A DNA stretch of 64,000 nucleotides, from NCBI GenBank assembly GCA_965203445.1, contig OZ241883.1, positions 1,568,001-1,632,000 on the forward strand, in the 5' to 3' direction. The notes beneath the pieces were generated by a model. That model was not told the DNA's origin and did not search any database. It saw nothing but the letters and a program-made list of their open reading frames with translations. The stretch's first letter is position 1; each line of letters begins with the position of its first letter. Below are positions 54,001 through 57,100 of the stretch, in pieces. The position numbers were made by a program, and so were the translations under genes. Source of the stretch: Candidatus Oxydemutator sp. (GTDB taxonomy: Bacteria; Pseudomonadota; Gammaproteobacteria; Poriferisulfidales; Oxydemutatoraceae).

Positions 54001-54130
54001 TTATATGCCAAGCGCGAACGTCAGTCTTGACGAGTTGCTAGTCTCATCTGATTTCGATCGTGTGCTGGCGCAATTAAGGCGTCCATCCGGTCTCCTTAGC
54101 GGGCTGATTTGCCGATCAAGTGGGCAGTGA
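27071..54130 (+). CDS. Giant (~9,019 aa) secreted Calx-beta repeat protein with cohesin-like N-terminal domain and dockerin-like C-terminus
   Basis: Sec signal MKSAARFIATALLACVANSAHA; about 69 modules with DDxxxExxExFxVxL Calx-beta motifs (hand count); C-terminal VFLEGAY...DWVLLELR...HRNHL...GDVNADGVIVTAD; acidic, Ala/Thr/Val-rich; single uninterrupted 27-kb frame. Confidence 0.9.
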   Translation: MKSAARFIATALLACVANSAHAILQATVSVENERVEDTEFYVFDVYLESSSNDVLSNTNPETTIRLDTLQLLFNFSSNTAVTVTGADITSYFDWSAYGNASGTVTGVQYILRDYQAAGAATTALNPRIVIDAWELEDATATDLFQLAHGSDGKTRLFTVRLPIADRDRLPGMEIDMRSTILRSSQSEIQERAMSVVSDGAGGYRAGSLTQRPRPIQSLRPMATITARTPVAAEGTSIAFDVQAPGVTTGTYVFYRVSGFGDEPADNDDFQGQTSLPFMGTLALREGSTRGVINVSFNDDVDSEPEEGFVVTLLTLQTSASESAAVPLAVQSSASAAIAPSDPQLDLAPVQATSRGQPVVFTVNLSRPSDGQVRFTWEISDGGSGSNPDRVEPGDFDYDEDRSPDAAFPTSRTTVPFGQNSITISVATYDDPDNIEVAEQYYVSITASAAATIGVSDGEQDLIDVSVPVVSIRGPLDAVSEASSASAGFVVAPTPPGDVTVYYRVAGVGDTTGTDVESADLRPADRNCFGATARCQAAVRDGSDTTLLGFENDDLVEPRESFRIILLSGDGYALGAVTSAVGSVEASDRALTIAASDATSADEGEALEFTIGLTAQSVTLTEAMQVSYRVTGTDVTAEDFEGALEGMVMLAAGERSTTFSVTLRADDYGEGVESFRVEVTEATGGGGDHTNNLPVAPATAEINAETRLIARAIVHHRNQHAYYRMGEFSIAESSTDTIGIGVELVDTNGTPMDPSESVTVRYRLSGSATDGEDYTRSGSGNTFTVGTDNSTATVIITLIDNKLNESDEDVAIELLAITAGTETAVLAAAASSRSTAFTINDDDELEVSIARSDSGDLVEGAPTAGGRTAEFVVTANSTATATLTIPFTVSGGDAGDYTLTPSTAVEIVEDETTATITLEVVDDALNEGAETLTVGLVEVRGALGAASVSADEGSASATIAANDEITVSLSDLVSGGAEGTTARFAVSLAGGEATEETVVPWQVVSGTVGGASAADFAVGAGELRFAVGVTRQNIDLWIVDDESYMEPDESYMVRINQPTGGGSGSVTLGTPSTVTAVIPADLPVVSIESVVADVAEGDAVAMTLTATFVTMNMSVNYRVVSPTAGVGIDSGDLAAGAQGADCFGATATCETSVGASTNILTTVNDAAVEPSEGFRVVLLPGDGYELGEPSNAVGSVEASDRELTIAASSASADEGETLDFTVGLTAQSVGLTEAMQVSYRVTGTDVTAEDFEGALEGMVTLAASERSTMFTITLRADGMEETAAESFRVEITTATGGGGDHTNNLPAAPATAEINADNRLIARAFVYRQGMFYQVVDRGLAVNENEGQGTGVVQIGVELVNVSGTKTNPRESVTVSYRLSGSADGADYTRSDSGNTLTVGTNTSTRTATITLVDDNLNESAEDVVIELLAITAGNDAAILASEASSRSIGFTINDNDPATYAITADKDSVSEGDDPGYRVTLDRLSAGDITVSYTVSGIGADGYSAGTETTVLSGETSAAIALTIVDDDVNEATQTLVVTIGDMPRIGAGAGEALRAADSSRQSVEIARSDPLTYAVESLTPNVSQEPGTARFRLTLTGGVAGARTTVTYTLSISASNAGGETADFSDNDDGNFVFVAGSTRAEITVSILDDGVDEQAETLTLSTTATATVATGGGIVSRSAETQDQTAQAVIAANGAAVRWFHITALPEGTTSVAEGAQATYAISYDGTTPSAGETITVTWEVAGTGTRAASAADFAQRTGTVAFSDSDAPGAPRTVTLQIAEDTLNEGDETFTITITEDNGFSTVYSTRAMVETTINSDADDALVASIARSDSGDLVEGAPTTDTRTAQFAVSLNLTATAVLTIPLMVSGDVGDYTLTPSTALEIPEGAKTASITLEAADDAFNEGAETLSVELGGVQGALGAASVSADASSAAVTIAANDEITVSLSELVSGGAEGTTARFTVSLAGGEATEETVVPWQVVSGTVGGASAADFGAGAGGGELRFAVGVMQQSIYVRIADDDVLEPEESYMVRISQPTGGGSGSVALGTPSVVTAVIPADSPMVWIEDVTAEVAEGSAVAMALTATFATNVNVNYRVVSPTVGVSIDSADLAAGAQGADCFGATATCVTSVGASANILSTVNDAAVEPPEGFRVMLLPGDGYTLGEPSSAVGSVEASDRELTIAVSSASADEGETLDFTIGLTAQSVELTEAMQVSYRVTGTDGITAGDFEGAPLESMVTLAAGERSTTFSITLRDDGLEERAESFRVEITEATGGGGDHTNNLPAAPATAEINAETRLIARAIVHRAGTYYRMGEFDISESADGTVGIGVELVNIDGNPTTPQESVTVSYRLSGSAGGEDYTRSGTGNTLTVGTDKSTATVTITLIDDNLNESAENVAIELLAITEGTETAVLTSKVSSRSTAFTINDNDPATYAITADESSVSEGDDPGYRVTLDRPSAGDITVSYTVSGIAADGYSVGGAATETTVLSGETSAAIALTILDDNVNEATQTLVVTIGDMPRIGAGAGAVSRAADSSRQSVEIVWSDPLTYAVESLTPRVPDEPATARFRLTLTGGVAGARITVPYTLSITGTNAVNAGGETADFSDNDDGSFVVVAGSTHAEITVSILDDGVNEQEETLTLTVGATPIVAAGGGMVSRSAEAQDQTAQVVIPANGTVARWFRIAAVPEGTTSVTEGAQATYAVSYDGARPLAGVPITVTWEVAGAAGTGTRAASAADFAQRTGSVEFSDTDAPGVARNVMLRIAEDTLNEGDEAFTITITEDNQFSRVYSTASMVETTVTDDADDALAVSIARSDSGDLVEGAPVTSVRTAEFVVTVGNATATAALTIPLTVSGDVAGAEDADYTLTPATMLEIPEGMSTASITLEAVDDALNEGAETLTVELVEVRGALGAAMVSADASSASATIAANDEITVSLSELVSGGAEGTTARFTVSLAGGEATAETVVPWQVVSGTVGGASAADFAVGAGELRFAVGVTQQSIYVRIADDDVLEPEESYMVRINQPTGGGSGSVVLGTPSVVTAVIPADSPMVWIESVTANVAEGGAVAMALTATFATNVNVNYRVVSPTAGVSIDSADLAAGAQGADCFGTTATCVTSVGASANILSTLNDAAVEPSEGFRVVLLAGDGYTLSEPSSAVGSVEASDRELTIAALSASADEGETLDFAIGLTAESVELTEAMQVSYRVITSTSITAEDFEGALEGMVTLAAGERSTMFAITLRDDGVEETAAESFRVEITTATGGGGDHTNNLPVAPATAEINADGRLMATAYVQRGSTAYRVGEDNLIVNEHEGTGAGSIYIGVELVDDGGNPTDPRESVTVSYRLSGSADGADYTNSDSGNTITVATDKSTGTVTITLVDDNLNESAEDVVIELLAITAGNDAAVLASEASSRSIAFTINDNDPATYAITADEGSVSEGDDPGYRITLDRLSAGDITVPYTVSGIGAEGYSAGTETTVLSGETSASIALTIVDDNVNEATQTLVVTIGDMPRIGAGAGEALRAADSSRQSVEIARSDPLTYAVESLTPDVSGEPGTARFRLTLTGGVAGARITVPYTLSISGTNAVNAGGETADFTDNNDGSFVVAVGSSSAEISVSILDDEVEEQEETLTLTVSATSIVAAGGGAVSRSTEAQDQTAQAVIPANGAIVRWFHITAVPESTTSVGEGAQAIYAISYDGTTPSAGETITVTWEVAGAGMRAASAADFEQSMGSVEFSNTDAPGVARNVMLRIAEDTLNEGDEAFTITITEDNGFSRVYSTASMVETTVTDDADDALVVSIARSDSGDLVEGAPTTGVRTAEFVVTVGNATATAALTIPLMVSGDVAGAEDADYVLTPSVELEIPEGMSTASITFEAVDDALNEGAETLSVELGGVQGALGAASVSADASSAAVTIAANDEITVSLSELVSGGAEGTTAQFTVSLAGGEATEETVVPWQVVSGTVGGASAADFGAGAGGGELRFAVGVTQQNIYVRIVADDVIESDESYMVRISQPTGGGSGSVVLGIPSTVTAVIPADVPVVSIESVVADVAEGEVVAMALTATFATNVNVSYRVVSPTAGVSIDSADFAAGAQGADCFGATATCETPVGASMNILSTVNDGAVEPLEGFRVVLLPGDGYTLGEPSSAVGSIEASDRELTIAASDATSANEGETLEFTVGLTAQSVELTEAMRVSYRVTGTAVTADDFEGALEGMVTLAAGERSTMFSVTLRADNYGEGVERFRVEITEAMGGGGDHTNNLPAAPATAEINAEARLIARAFVHHRNAHAYYRMGEFSIAESSTDTIGIGVELVDADGTPTNPSESVTVRYRLSGSAGGDDYTRSGGSGNTLTVGTSNSTATVIITLVDDNLNESGEDVAIELLAITAGTETAILAAAASSRSTAFTITDNDPATYAITADEDSVSEGDDPGYRVTLDRASAGDITVSYTVSGIGAGGYSAGTETTVLSGETSTAIALTIVDDDVNEATQTLVVTIGDMPRIGAGAGAVSRAADSSRQSVEIVWSDPLTYAVESLTPDVPDEPATARFRLTLTGGVAGAQITVPYTLWISASNTVSQTADFRDNDNGNFVVAAGSSRAEITVDILDDGVSEAAETLTLAVNTTATVAAGGGMVSRSAEAQDQTAQAVIAENGVAVRWFHITAVPEGTTSVGEGAQATYAVSYDGTTPSAGETITVTWEVAGTGMRAASAADFAQSAGSVEFSDADAPGAARNVTLQIAGDTLNEGDEAFTITITEDDLLSRVYSTGSMVETTVTDDADDALVISIARSDSGDLVEGAPTTSVRTAEFVVTVGNATATAALTIPLTVSGDVVGAEAADYVLTPATMLEIPAGMSAASITLEAVDDALNEGAETLSVGLVEVQGALGAASVSADASSAAVTIAANDEITVSLSELVSGGAEGTTARFTVSLAGGEATEETVVSWQVVSGTVGGASAADFGAGAGGGELRFAVGVAQQSIYVRIAADDVLEPEESYMVRISQPTGGGSGSVVLGIPSVVTAVIPADSPVVWIESVAAEVAEGGAVAMALTATFATNVNVNYRVVSSTAGASIDSDDLAAGAQGADCFGATATCVTSVGASANILSTANDAAVEPSEGFRVVLLAGDGYTLGEPSSAVGSIEASDRELTIAALSASADEGETLDFAIGLTAESVELTEAMQVSYRVITSTSITAEDFEGALEGMVTLAAGERSTMFAITLRDDGVEETAAESFRVEITTATGGGGDHTNNLPAAPATAEINADGRLMATAYVQRGSTAYRVGEDNLIVDEHEGTGAGSIYIGVELVDDGGNPTDPRESVTVSYRLSGSADGADYTNSDSGNTITVATDKSTGTVTITLVDDNLNESAEDVVIELLAITAGSDAAILASEASSRSIAFTINDNDPATYAITVDEGSVSEGDDPGYRITLDRLSAGDITVPYTVSGIGAEGYSAGTETTVLSGETSAAIALTIVDDNVNEATQTLVVTVGDMPRIGAGAGEALRAADSSRQSVEIARSDPLTYAVESLTPDVSGEPGTARFRLTLTGGVAGAQITVPYTLSISGTNAVNAGGQTADFTDNNDGSFVVAVGSSSAEISVSILDDEVEEQEETLTLTVSATSIVAAGGGVVSRSAEAQDQTAQAVIPANGAIVRWFHITVVPEGTTSVGEGAQAIYAISYDGTTPSAGETITVTWEVAGAGMRAASAADFAQSMGSMGSVEFSDADAPGVARNVMLRIAEDTLNEGDEAFTITITEDNGFSRVYSTASMVETTVTDDAADALVVSIARSDSGDLVEGAPTTGVRTAEFVVTVGNATATAALTIPFMVSGDVAGAEDADYVLTPSVELEIPAGMSTASITLEAVDDALNEGAETLSVELGEVQGALGAASVSADASSAAVTIAANDEITVSLSELVSGGAEGTTARFTVSLAGGEATEETVVPWQVVSGTVGGASAADFGAGAGGGELRFAVGVTQQNIYVRIVADDVIESDESYMVRISQPTGGGSGSVALGIPSTVTAVIPADVPVVSIESVVADVAEGEVVAMALTATFATNVNVSYRVVSPTAGASIDSADLAAGAQGADCFGATATCETPVGASTNILSTVNDDAVEPLEGFRVVLLPGDGYTLGEPSSAVGSIEASDRELTIAASDATSANEGETLEFTVGLTAQSVELTEAMRVSYRVTGTDGITAGDFEGALEGMVTLAAGERSTTFSVALRVDDYGEGVESFRVEITEAMGGGGDHTNNLPAAPVTAEINAEARLIARAFVSRVSINESDSPNTVGIGVQLVDADGTPTDPSESVTVRYRLFGSAGGDDYTRSGSGNTFTVGTSNSTATVIITLVDDNLNESGEAVAIELLAITAGTETAVLAAAASSRSTAFTITDNDPATYAITADEDSVSEGDDPGYRVTLDRPSAGDITVSYTVSGIGAGGYSAGTETTVLSGETSAAIALTIVDDDVNEATQTLVVTVGDMPRIGAGAGEALRAADSSRQSVEIVWSDPLTYAVESLTPDVPGEPATARFRLTLTGGVAGAQITVPYRLWISASNTSMQTADFRDNDNGNFIVAAGSSRAEITVDILDDEVNEAAETLTLTVNTTATVAVGGGMVSGSTEAQDRTAQAVIAENGVVARWFHITAVPEGTTSVGEGAQAIYAVSYDGTTPSAGETITVTWEVAGAGMRAASAADFAQSMGSVEFSDADAPGAARNVTLQIAEDTLNEGDEAFTITITEDDLLSRVYSTGSMVMTTITDDADDALVVSIARSDSGDLVEGAPVTSVRTAEFVVTVGNATATAALTIPFMVSGDVAGAEAADYVLTPATMLEIPAGMSTASITLEAVNDDAVEPSEGFRVVLLPGDGYTLGEPSSAVGSIEASDRELTIAASDASSANEGETLEFTVGLTAQSVELTEAMQVSYRVTGTDGITADDFEGALEGMVTLAAGERSTTFSVALRADDYGEGVERFRVEVTEATGGGGDHTNNLPAAPVTAEINAETRLIARAFVHHRNAHAYYRMGEFSIAESSNDLIGIGVELVDADGTPMDPSESVTVRYRLFGSAGGDDYTRSGSGNTLTVGTSNSTATVIITLVDDNLNESAEAVAIELLAITAGTETAVLAAAASSRSTAFTITDNDPATYAITADEERVSEGDDPGYRITLDRPSAGDITVSYTVSGIGAEGYSAGTETTVLSGETTAAIALTIVDDDVNEATQTLVVTVGDMPRIGAGAGEALRAADSSRQSVEIVWSDPLTYAVESLTPDVPDEPATARFRLTLTGGVAGAQITVPYRLWISASNTSMQTADFRDNDNGSFIVAAGSSRAEITVDILDDQVDEAAETLTLAINSTATVAAGGGMVSRSAEAQDQTAQAVIAENGVVARWFHITAVPEGTTSVAEGAQATYEVSYDGTTPSAGETITVTWEVAGIGMRAASAADFVKSTGTVAFSNVDAPGTTRTVTLQIAEDTLNEGDEAFTITITEDNQFSRVYSTGSMVMTTITDDADDALVVSIVRSDSGDLVEGAPVTSVRTAEFVVTVGNATATAALTIPLTVSGDVAGAEDADYVLTPATELEIPAGMSTASITLEAVNDDAVEPSEEFRVVLLPGDGYELGEPSSAVGSIEASDRELTIAASDASSANEGEALEFTVGLTAQSVELTEAMQVSYRVTGTDGITADDFEGALEGMVTLAAGERSTTFSVALRVDDYGEGVESFRVEVTEATGGGGGHTNNLPAAPATAEINAETGLIARAVVYQAGAYYRMGEFSISEAGGGTVYIGVELVDSDGNHVHPSESVAVRYRLSGSAGGDDYTRSDSGNTLTVGTSASTATVTITLVDDNLNESAEDIAIELLAVTAGTETAVLAAAASSRSTAFTITDNDPAAYAVTADEDSVSEGDDPGYRVTLDRPSAGDITVSYTVSGIGAEGYSAGTETTVLSGETSAAIALTIVDDNVNEATQTLVVTIGDMPRIGAGAGAVSRAADSSRQSVEIVWSDPLTYAVESLTPDVPDEPATARFRLTLTGGVAGAQITVPYALWISASNTVSQTADFSDNDDGSFVVAAGSTRAEITVDILDDGVNEAEETLTLTVSTTAMVAAGGGMVSRSAEAQDQTAQAVIAENGVAARWFHITAVPEGTTSVGEGAQATYEVSYDGTTPSAGEMITVTWEVAGAGMRAASAADFAQSAGSVTFSDVNAPGTTRTVTLQIAGDTLNEGDEAFTITITEDDLLSRVYSTGSMVMTTITDDADDALVVSIARSDSGDLVEGATMTSVRTAEFVVTVGDATAAAALTIPLTVSGDVAGAEAADYVLTPATELEIPAGMSTASITLEAVDDALNEGAETLTVELGGVQAPGMASVSADASSAAVTIAANDEITVSLSELVSGGAEGTTARFTVSLAGGEATEETVVPWQIVSGTASAVADFGTSAGELRFAVGATQQSIYVQIVDDDVAEPEESYMVRISQPTGGGSGSVALGTPSMVTAVIPASDLPVLSVSALVATVAETEAEASFRVQYGDGTTMPPQAVTVRYRLSGTAEAVDGGGDYEYPAGYNPIGDAAGGAVTIGTDASSANVVLALRDDDLDEPDETIVLELLEVTAGDAMLPAATSATITIEDDDKLSLSVAASEARTLEGDSAEIAFTVSLLNDGVEPTRPRTQEVRVAYTLGGTAAGAGTDYTDPSGYDAGASSGVVVLSAGTNSADVSITVQDDAVVEPDETVIFELTEVIEGGDLAELRAADTTRASVTIIDNDEPAGTVVSAGVFLEGAYRVANDDMGTFLNQALPRMQPYNVRPWNHAATTTVPRIEGATNANGMPPNVVDWVLLELRVVDEGSAPSAADPDSVPAGGVKAGLILSDGSIVGVNENATMTTDVLARQGVRFDAEIGPNQDVYLLLQHRNHLSVLSGRPLSADCGGSGADYCIDYREVGASADLYNGSCPMFRNNDRLFMVTGDVNADGVIVTADAEFANEALSRATDLNLQATNNPASFRILTFRGTDFYMPSANVSLDELLVSSDFDRVLAQLRRPSGLLSGLICRSSGQ
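28823..52468 (+). repeat. Nine-unit intragenic super-repeat (8 Calx-beta modules per full unit)
   Basis: The ASDR marker recurs at 28823, 30659, 33599, 36566, 39536, 42488, 45467, 47663 and 49889; spacings 1836, 2940, 2967, 2970, 2952, 2979, 2196 and 2226 bp, all multiples of 3. Confidence 0.92.
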
Positions 54131-54186
54131 AGTTCTTGCAGGCTTCGTATTACATGAAAAATAAAAAAACTGGTTGGAGAGAAACC

Positions 54187-57100
54187 ATGAGTATGTTCAA
54201 AAAAGATATATCTTACATTTTGTTCGTGGCAGTATTGCTCGGGGCCAGTTTGCCCTCGGCATCACTTGCCCAGGCTTTGCGTACTTCTGACAGTCCGCCA
54301 TGCCCGAGCACGGGCACAGATTGCTTGATTTTTACTACATACATGGACAATGAGAGAGTTGTACCCAATTCTGGTAGTCCCAGTGGATATGACTATGCCT
54401 TTGATCTCTCCTACTCGGTTAACAGTAACATAAGGCTTGGAGCTCTGGTTGTGGCTAATAGGAATACTGTATATCAATCAGGTGATAGCCTGCCACTTCT
54501 GATGCATAATATAGAGACGATCATCGGATTTGATAGAGATGTATTTGTAGTCACTGAAAGCGCGATAACTATAGCTTATGCCGAGGGTGCGAGCATCTTT
54601 GATCCAGACTCTGAGGATTCTTCGTTTACTAGGGAGGTTGCTCCTGGAGTATCCATAACAGCCCCCAGCTACCAACATCCCTCCCTGGACGGTCGTCCTG
54701 GTGTTACGGCTCGCATACTCCTCAGTGCTGACCAGCGGCTGTCAGTATCAATACAGGGAGACGCTCGAACCCCTATCGGTGCAACTCCACTATATGACTT
54801 TGGCAATGGCAGCAGAAGGGTACTTTTTAACATTCGCATACCTATTAGGAATGCCGCGAATTTCAACGCTGCGGCGACTAGCGCTGACGCAGATATCTTT
54901 ATGAGTAGAGGGGGTGCTGGGATAGGCGAAAGCAGTATTCTAAACTATGCCAATGCTGTGAGTGATAGGGCTCTAGCACGGTTCGGGGCCACAACAGTAC
55001 GCATACGCCGCCCCAACCCCATCCAGAGTCTGGCGGCGCCGGTGAATTTGGCGGTAAGCTCCCAGAGAGTGGAGGAGGGCCAAGATCTGACGATCACCCT
55101 GAACCGGGGTGCCGCAGTAGCCACTGATACGGATATCACTTTAAGATTGTCGCTTGGAGGGGAGTCCGGCGAGGCGGGACGGGAAGATCTTAACCTCACT
55201 GGTTGGGCGACAAGCGGCACGGTGGCCACAAGAACGGTAACAATGGCCAAGGACGAAAGTAGTGTGTCAATCGATATTCCCGTCATAGACGACATGTTGA
55301 GCGAAGGCGATGAGACCTTTCGCGTTGAGTTTCTCCCGAGCTCCACCGTGGGTCAGGGGGATCCGTCCGCGTTGACCGTGACGATACCGGCCAACGACCC
55401 GATAAGATACTCGATCAGTCCGCCTCCGGGAGATGTGATGGAAGGGAGCGACGCTGAATTTGAGGTCACTTTGGGAGCGGAAACCACCCGGGCATTGATG
55501 CTTGAATATACAGTAGCCGTAGCCGGGGACGGCACTCCCCAGGGCACAACGCCAGACTATACCGATCCAAATAGCGGCAGCATTCTCATTGCTGCCGGGA
55601 GCACCAGGACCACGATCACTATCACGATAAATGGCGACGCGCTGGCGGAAGGTCAGGAGACTTTGACGGTCACGCTGACGGGAGATGCCAACGGCATCGG
55701 CACCGTCGTGCAGGCGAGAGCTACTGCTACTGCGACCATCCCAGAAAACGAGGCCAACGTGCGCGAGTTTTTCGTGGTGGATGGCGACTTCACTGCCCTG
55801 GCCGAAGATGCGGCGGCTGCTCGTAGCTATAATGTCAGTTTCCGGCCGGTCGGCGGCATTTCAGCAAATGCCGATCTGCCCAGCACGACGACCGTCCGCT
55901 GGAGCTTGGTTGGTTCGAGCGCTTCGGGCGCCAACCCGATCGAAGCGGCTGATTTTGCCGAGACTTCCGGCACGCTGACGTTCGCCGCCGGCACCAGCAG
56001 CGTGAAGAACTTCTCGGTTACGGTTACCAATGACAACCTGAACGAAGGCGCAGAAAGCTATCGGGTGAGTCTGCGAGTAGTGAGCGGCGACACCGCCGGC
56101 TCCGCCGGTGTTGATTCTCCGGTCGGCACCGTTGCGGACGACGCTGCCGATACGATAACGGTCGCGTTCACGGCTGGCCCCGTCACCACAATTAACGAAG
56201 GCGAGCACTCCACGCAGACGCTCGTCCGTTCGGGTGGCACGCCCACCGCCGAGAACGTCGTCGTGCCGTTGCTCATCACTCCCGTTGCCATGCAGGATGA
56301 GGTCAGGATAACGAATCCCGTCGGCCTGCGCATCCTGCGTGTGCCGGACGATGTTACCGTTACCGGAGGCGAAACCGGTCTGTACGGCTTTGCGGTGTTC
56401 ACCGCAACCGGCGGCCAATACGCAACGAACGCCACCTTCCAGATTATGGCTTTCAACGACAACCTCCTTGAGGATGCGGAGATGGTGAGTGTGACTATCG
56501 GTGATCCGACGGCCGCTGCGTATAGCAGCGTTCCTGGTGTCGGCAGCGCCGGCACGGTTGCCAGAGCCACGCCTGCTCCGACGTACACCGGAACCATTGC
56601 GGCAAACGACCCGATAACGGTCGCGGTGAATCCGGTGCGGGGGCAGGAACGCGGTGTCGGCGAAGGCAGCAACCTGGGTTACACGATAACGTTTTCCAAC
56701 AACCGGCCGACGGCGGATATAACCGTTGGTATGACGATTGAGGGCATTATCGTTGGTAGCACAACTGGTACGGAAAATGCCGATTTTGACGCGGCGGCGT
56801 CGGGATGGAACACCTCCGCGGCGACGGTTACTACCGACGCCACGATCACCGTGGCCGACGTAGTATTGGGCCGGCCCATCGCACTCCCGACCCTGCGCGT
56901 GGTGACGGGTGATACGGACGACAGAGAGGAGACTTTCCAACTGACCGTGGTTCCGAGCGGGGGTGCTCCAGCGCAAACGGCGGCCATCGCTCGCTTCTCG
57001 CCGCCACAGGTCACCACCACCTCGACGATCTTGCGCATAGACACCGAAGCACCGGGTTTGAACGGCGTGGGTTACGCCACCGACGACCCGACCCGGCGCG

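Noticed and set aside
27071-54130. RTX / T1SS adhesin call
   Set aside because: The Gly runs (TGGGGDH, TGGGSGS) are not tandem GGxGxDxLx nonapeptides; a Sec signal is present and no T1SS genes are adjacent.
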